From the sequence record CM123845.1: a DNA stretch of 32,000 nucleotides; one strand, given 5' to 3'. Positions 30,264 through 32,000 of the stretch are shown here, piece after piece. Made by a program: the position numbers and the translations under genes. Every line of letters begins with the position of its first letter. Within the stretch, counting starts at the first letter, position 1. The notes beneath the pieces are model-generated. The model worked only from the letters and a program-made list of their open reading frames with translations. It was not told the DNA's origin and did no database searches.

Positions 30264-30335
30264 GTCTAGATAGCTCAGTGGTAGAGCAAAGGACTGAAAA
30301 TCCTTGGGTCAGAGGTTCAAATCCTCTTCTAGACA
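30264..30335 (+). tRNA. trnF: tRNA-Phe (GAA)
   Basis: The acceptor is GTCTAGA/TCTAGAC and the anticodon loop is CTGAAAA. Length is 72 nt. Confidence 0.88.
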
Positions 30336-30441
30336 ACCCCATGTTCTATATCATAGATACACAGCGTCTATCCAGTTCATGGCATATCAGTGTACACGAT
30401 GGTACGAGACGTATGTATGTCACCATACTGATACGTCCTGT

Positions 30442-30528
30442 GGATGAGTGTCTGAGTGGTTTAAGGTATCGGTCTTGAAAACCGACATGCGGCATTCCGT
30501 ATCGGGGGTTCGAATCCCTTCTCATCCG
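30442..30528 (+). tRNA. trnS: tRNA-Ser (UGA)
   Basis: The acceptor is GGATGAG/CTCATCC and the anticodon loop is CTTGAAA. It has a long variable arm. Length is 87 nt. Confidence 0.88.
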
Positions 30529-30641
30529 ATCCACGACATCAACGTCTATACATATGATTCACGTCTATATGATACCACGTCTTGTAGAATCCGATGTATA
30601 GAATCCACAGTGCATCTATCATAGTATAGACGTAGGATTTC

Positions 30642-30714
30642 GGGCACGTAGCTCAATTGGCAGAGCAGCTCGCTTACAACGAGAAGGTTAGTGGTTCGAG
30701 TCCACTCGAGCTCA
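30642..30714 (+). tRNA. trnV: tRNA-Val (UAC)
   Basis: The acceptor is GGGCACG/CGAGCTC with one A-A mismatch. The anticodon loop is CTTACAA. Length is 73 nt. Confidence 0.8.
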
Positions 30715-30731
30715 ATAGATATCGACTATGT

Positions 30732-30815
30732 GCGGGTGTGGTGGAATTGGTAGACACACCAGGTTTAGGTTCTGGGGGCATCTATGCCTTGCGGGTTCAA
30801 GTCCTGCCATCCGTA
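30732..30815 (+). tRNA. trnL: tRNA-Leu (UAG)
   Basis: The acceptor is GCGGGTG/CATCCGT and the anticodon loop is TTTAGGT. It has a long variable arm. Length is 84 nt. Confidence 0.85.
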
Positions 30816-30863
30816 CATGTGTTACATACTCATACGCATCTCTCGAGAGTGTATGATAGTGTA

Positions 30864-30950
30864 GGAAGAATGGCTGAGTGGTTTAAGGCACTGGTTTGCT
30901 AAATCAGCGTATACACATGTATACCATGGGTTCAAATCCCATTTCTTCCG
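30864..30950 (+). tRNA. trnS: tRNA-Ser (GCU)
   Basis: The acceptor is GGAAGAA/TTCTTCC and the anticodon loop is TTGCTAA. The variable-arm hairpin is GTATACACATGTATAC. Length is 87 nt. Confidence 0.88.
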
Positions 30951-30964
30951 AGAGTGTGTGTTTT

Positions 30965-31037
30965 GGGAGCGTAGTTTAGTTGGTAGAACGCATGCTTTGC
31001 ACGCATGAGGTCATCGGTTCAAATCCGGTCGTTTCCA
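30965..31037 (+). tRNA. trnA: tRNA-Ala (UGC) with the G3:U70 identity pair
   Basis: The acceptor is GGGAGCG/CGTTTCC and the anticodon loop is TTTGCAC. Length is 73 nt. Confidence 0.88.
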
Positions 31038-31072
31038 TAGAACCTTGTCTGATATAAAAACTCTCTATTTGT

Positions 31073-31786
31073 ATGCACGCATTTGCAGAAACATTACGTC
31101 AAGAGATTCCTCAATGGCTTCAAGAAACGCAGTGGCGTCGTGGTGAACTTACCCTGTACGTGGCTCCAGAACATCTTGTTCCATGTCTGTCCTATCTTCG
31201 TGATCATAGTCAAACTCAATATAAATGTCTTGTGGATGTCACAGCTGTGGATTATCCTCAACATCAACGTCGATTTCGTGTGGTCTATCATCTTTTAAGT
31301 GTGGAATATGCATCTCGTGTTCGTGTATGTACCGATGTCTATGAAAATCAACCACTTCCATCAATGACCAGTTTATATAAAAGTGCGGGTTGGTGGGAAC
31401 GTGAAGTGTGGGATATGTTTGGTGTCTTTTTTCAAGGCCATCCAGATCTTCGTCGCATTCTCACTGATTATGGATTTCAAGGACACCCACTTCGTAAAGA
31501 CTTTCCTCTCACTGGCTTTCATGAAGTACGATATTGTGATAGCGAAAAACGTGTGATCACAGAACCTGTGGAATTAGCCCAAGAATTTCGATATTTTGAA
31601 TATGGAAGTCCATGGGAAACCCTCGCACCAAATACAAAACACCCAAAAGGTGATATTGTTTATATATTTAATAAAACGGCTGCGCTGCTTGGAAGCCAGT
31701 CAAAACTCAGTAGGACTCCTGCAACAAATACAACCCATGCAAGGGATAACGGAAGAAATACTTTCCAACCAAGTCCCATAAGTTGA
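31073..31786 (+). CDS. nad9: NADH dehydrogenase subunit 9, with an approximately 55-codon non-conserved C-terminal tail ending in TGA
   Basis: DVTAVDYP...[10 protein letters not shown]...[52 protein letters not shown]...[12 protein letters not shown] is conserved. Similarity ends near 31620, yet the frame stays open to 31786. Confidence 0.9.
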   Translation: MHAFAETLRQEIPQWLQETQWRRGELTLYVAPEHLVPCLSYLRDHSQTQYKCLVDVTAVDYPQHQRRFRVVYHLLSVEYASRVRVCTDVYENQPLPSMTSLYKSAGWWEREVWDMFGVFFQGHPDLRRILTDYGFQGHPLRKDFPLTGFHEVRYCDSEKRVITEPVELAQEFRYFEYGSPWETLAPNTKHPKGDIVYIFNKTAALLGSQSKLSRTPATNTTHARDNGRNTFQPSPIS

Positions 31787-32000
31787 TCATATCGATATCG
31801 AGGATAACATGCTCGTACCCAAATATAGAGAAATAACACACCAGCAACTTTCAGAGCAAACCAAAAACTTGGTGGGAACCAATATAATAGGGCAATATCA
31901 AGTGGTGGAAGCCAACCTCCAAGAAAAAAAATCACGCATAGACTACTCATCACCATCATATTGGCGTATTCTCCCAAGAAAAAAAGAGCGAATCCCATAC
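31660..32000 (-). CDS. nad1: NADH dehydrogenase subunit 1, 3' part only. The gene continues past the window edge.
   Basis: [10 protein letters not shown]...[44 protein letters not shown] is the ND1 C-terminal region. The stop is TAA at 31660..31662. Confidence 0.93.
   Translation of the reverse strand, partial: MGFALFFLGEYANMMVMSSLCVIFFLGGWLPPLDIALLYWFPPSFWFALKVAGVLFLYIWVRACYPRYRYDQLMGLGWKVFLPLSLAWVVFVAGVLLSFDWLPSSAAVLLNI

Overview
This window is gene-dense organellar DNA, almost certainly part of a mitochondrial genome. The gene content is ancestral and plant/green-alga-like. That lineage guess rests only on gene content and on recalled resemblance of the 5S rRNA. I can support 29 standard protein genes: nad1 (partial), nad2, nad3, nad4, nad5, nad7, nad9, cob, cox1-3, atp4, atp6, atp8, atp9, and 14 ribosomal-protein genes including a probable rpl10. 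There are three rRNA genes: rrnS, rrnL, and a 5S gene that the ORF track hides. rrnL carries one approximately 1.08 kb intron encoding a double-motif LAGLIDADG endonuclease. I folded 22 tRNA genes by hand. All conserved genes read open in the standard code. Trp is TGG, and stops are TAA or TAG except for one TGA. Spacers are short, and genes sit in a few strand-specific blocks that keep fragments of bacterial operons (rps12-rps7, rps3-rpl16, rpl5-rpl6-rps13-rps11). I see no defence island, CRISPR array, transposon or other novel multi-gene system. The items worth a second look are regulatory or architectural. They are: a strongly over-represented TCTATAGA / TATAGAGA intergenic motif that sits sense-oriented upstream of most transcription units; an exact 20-mer at two convergent unit ends; antisense-overlapping tails of nad9 and nad1; an intron ORF whose first LAGLIDADG motif precedes any ATG and whose stop lies in the 3' exon; an rps2/trnG overlap; and a marked purine-pyrimidine-alternating compositional bias. 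All coordinates were derived by eye. rRNA ends are approximate to about +/-15 nt.
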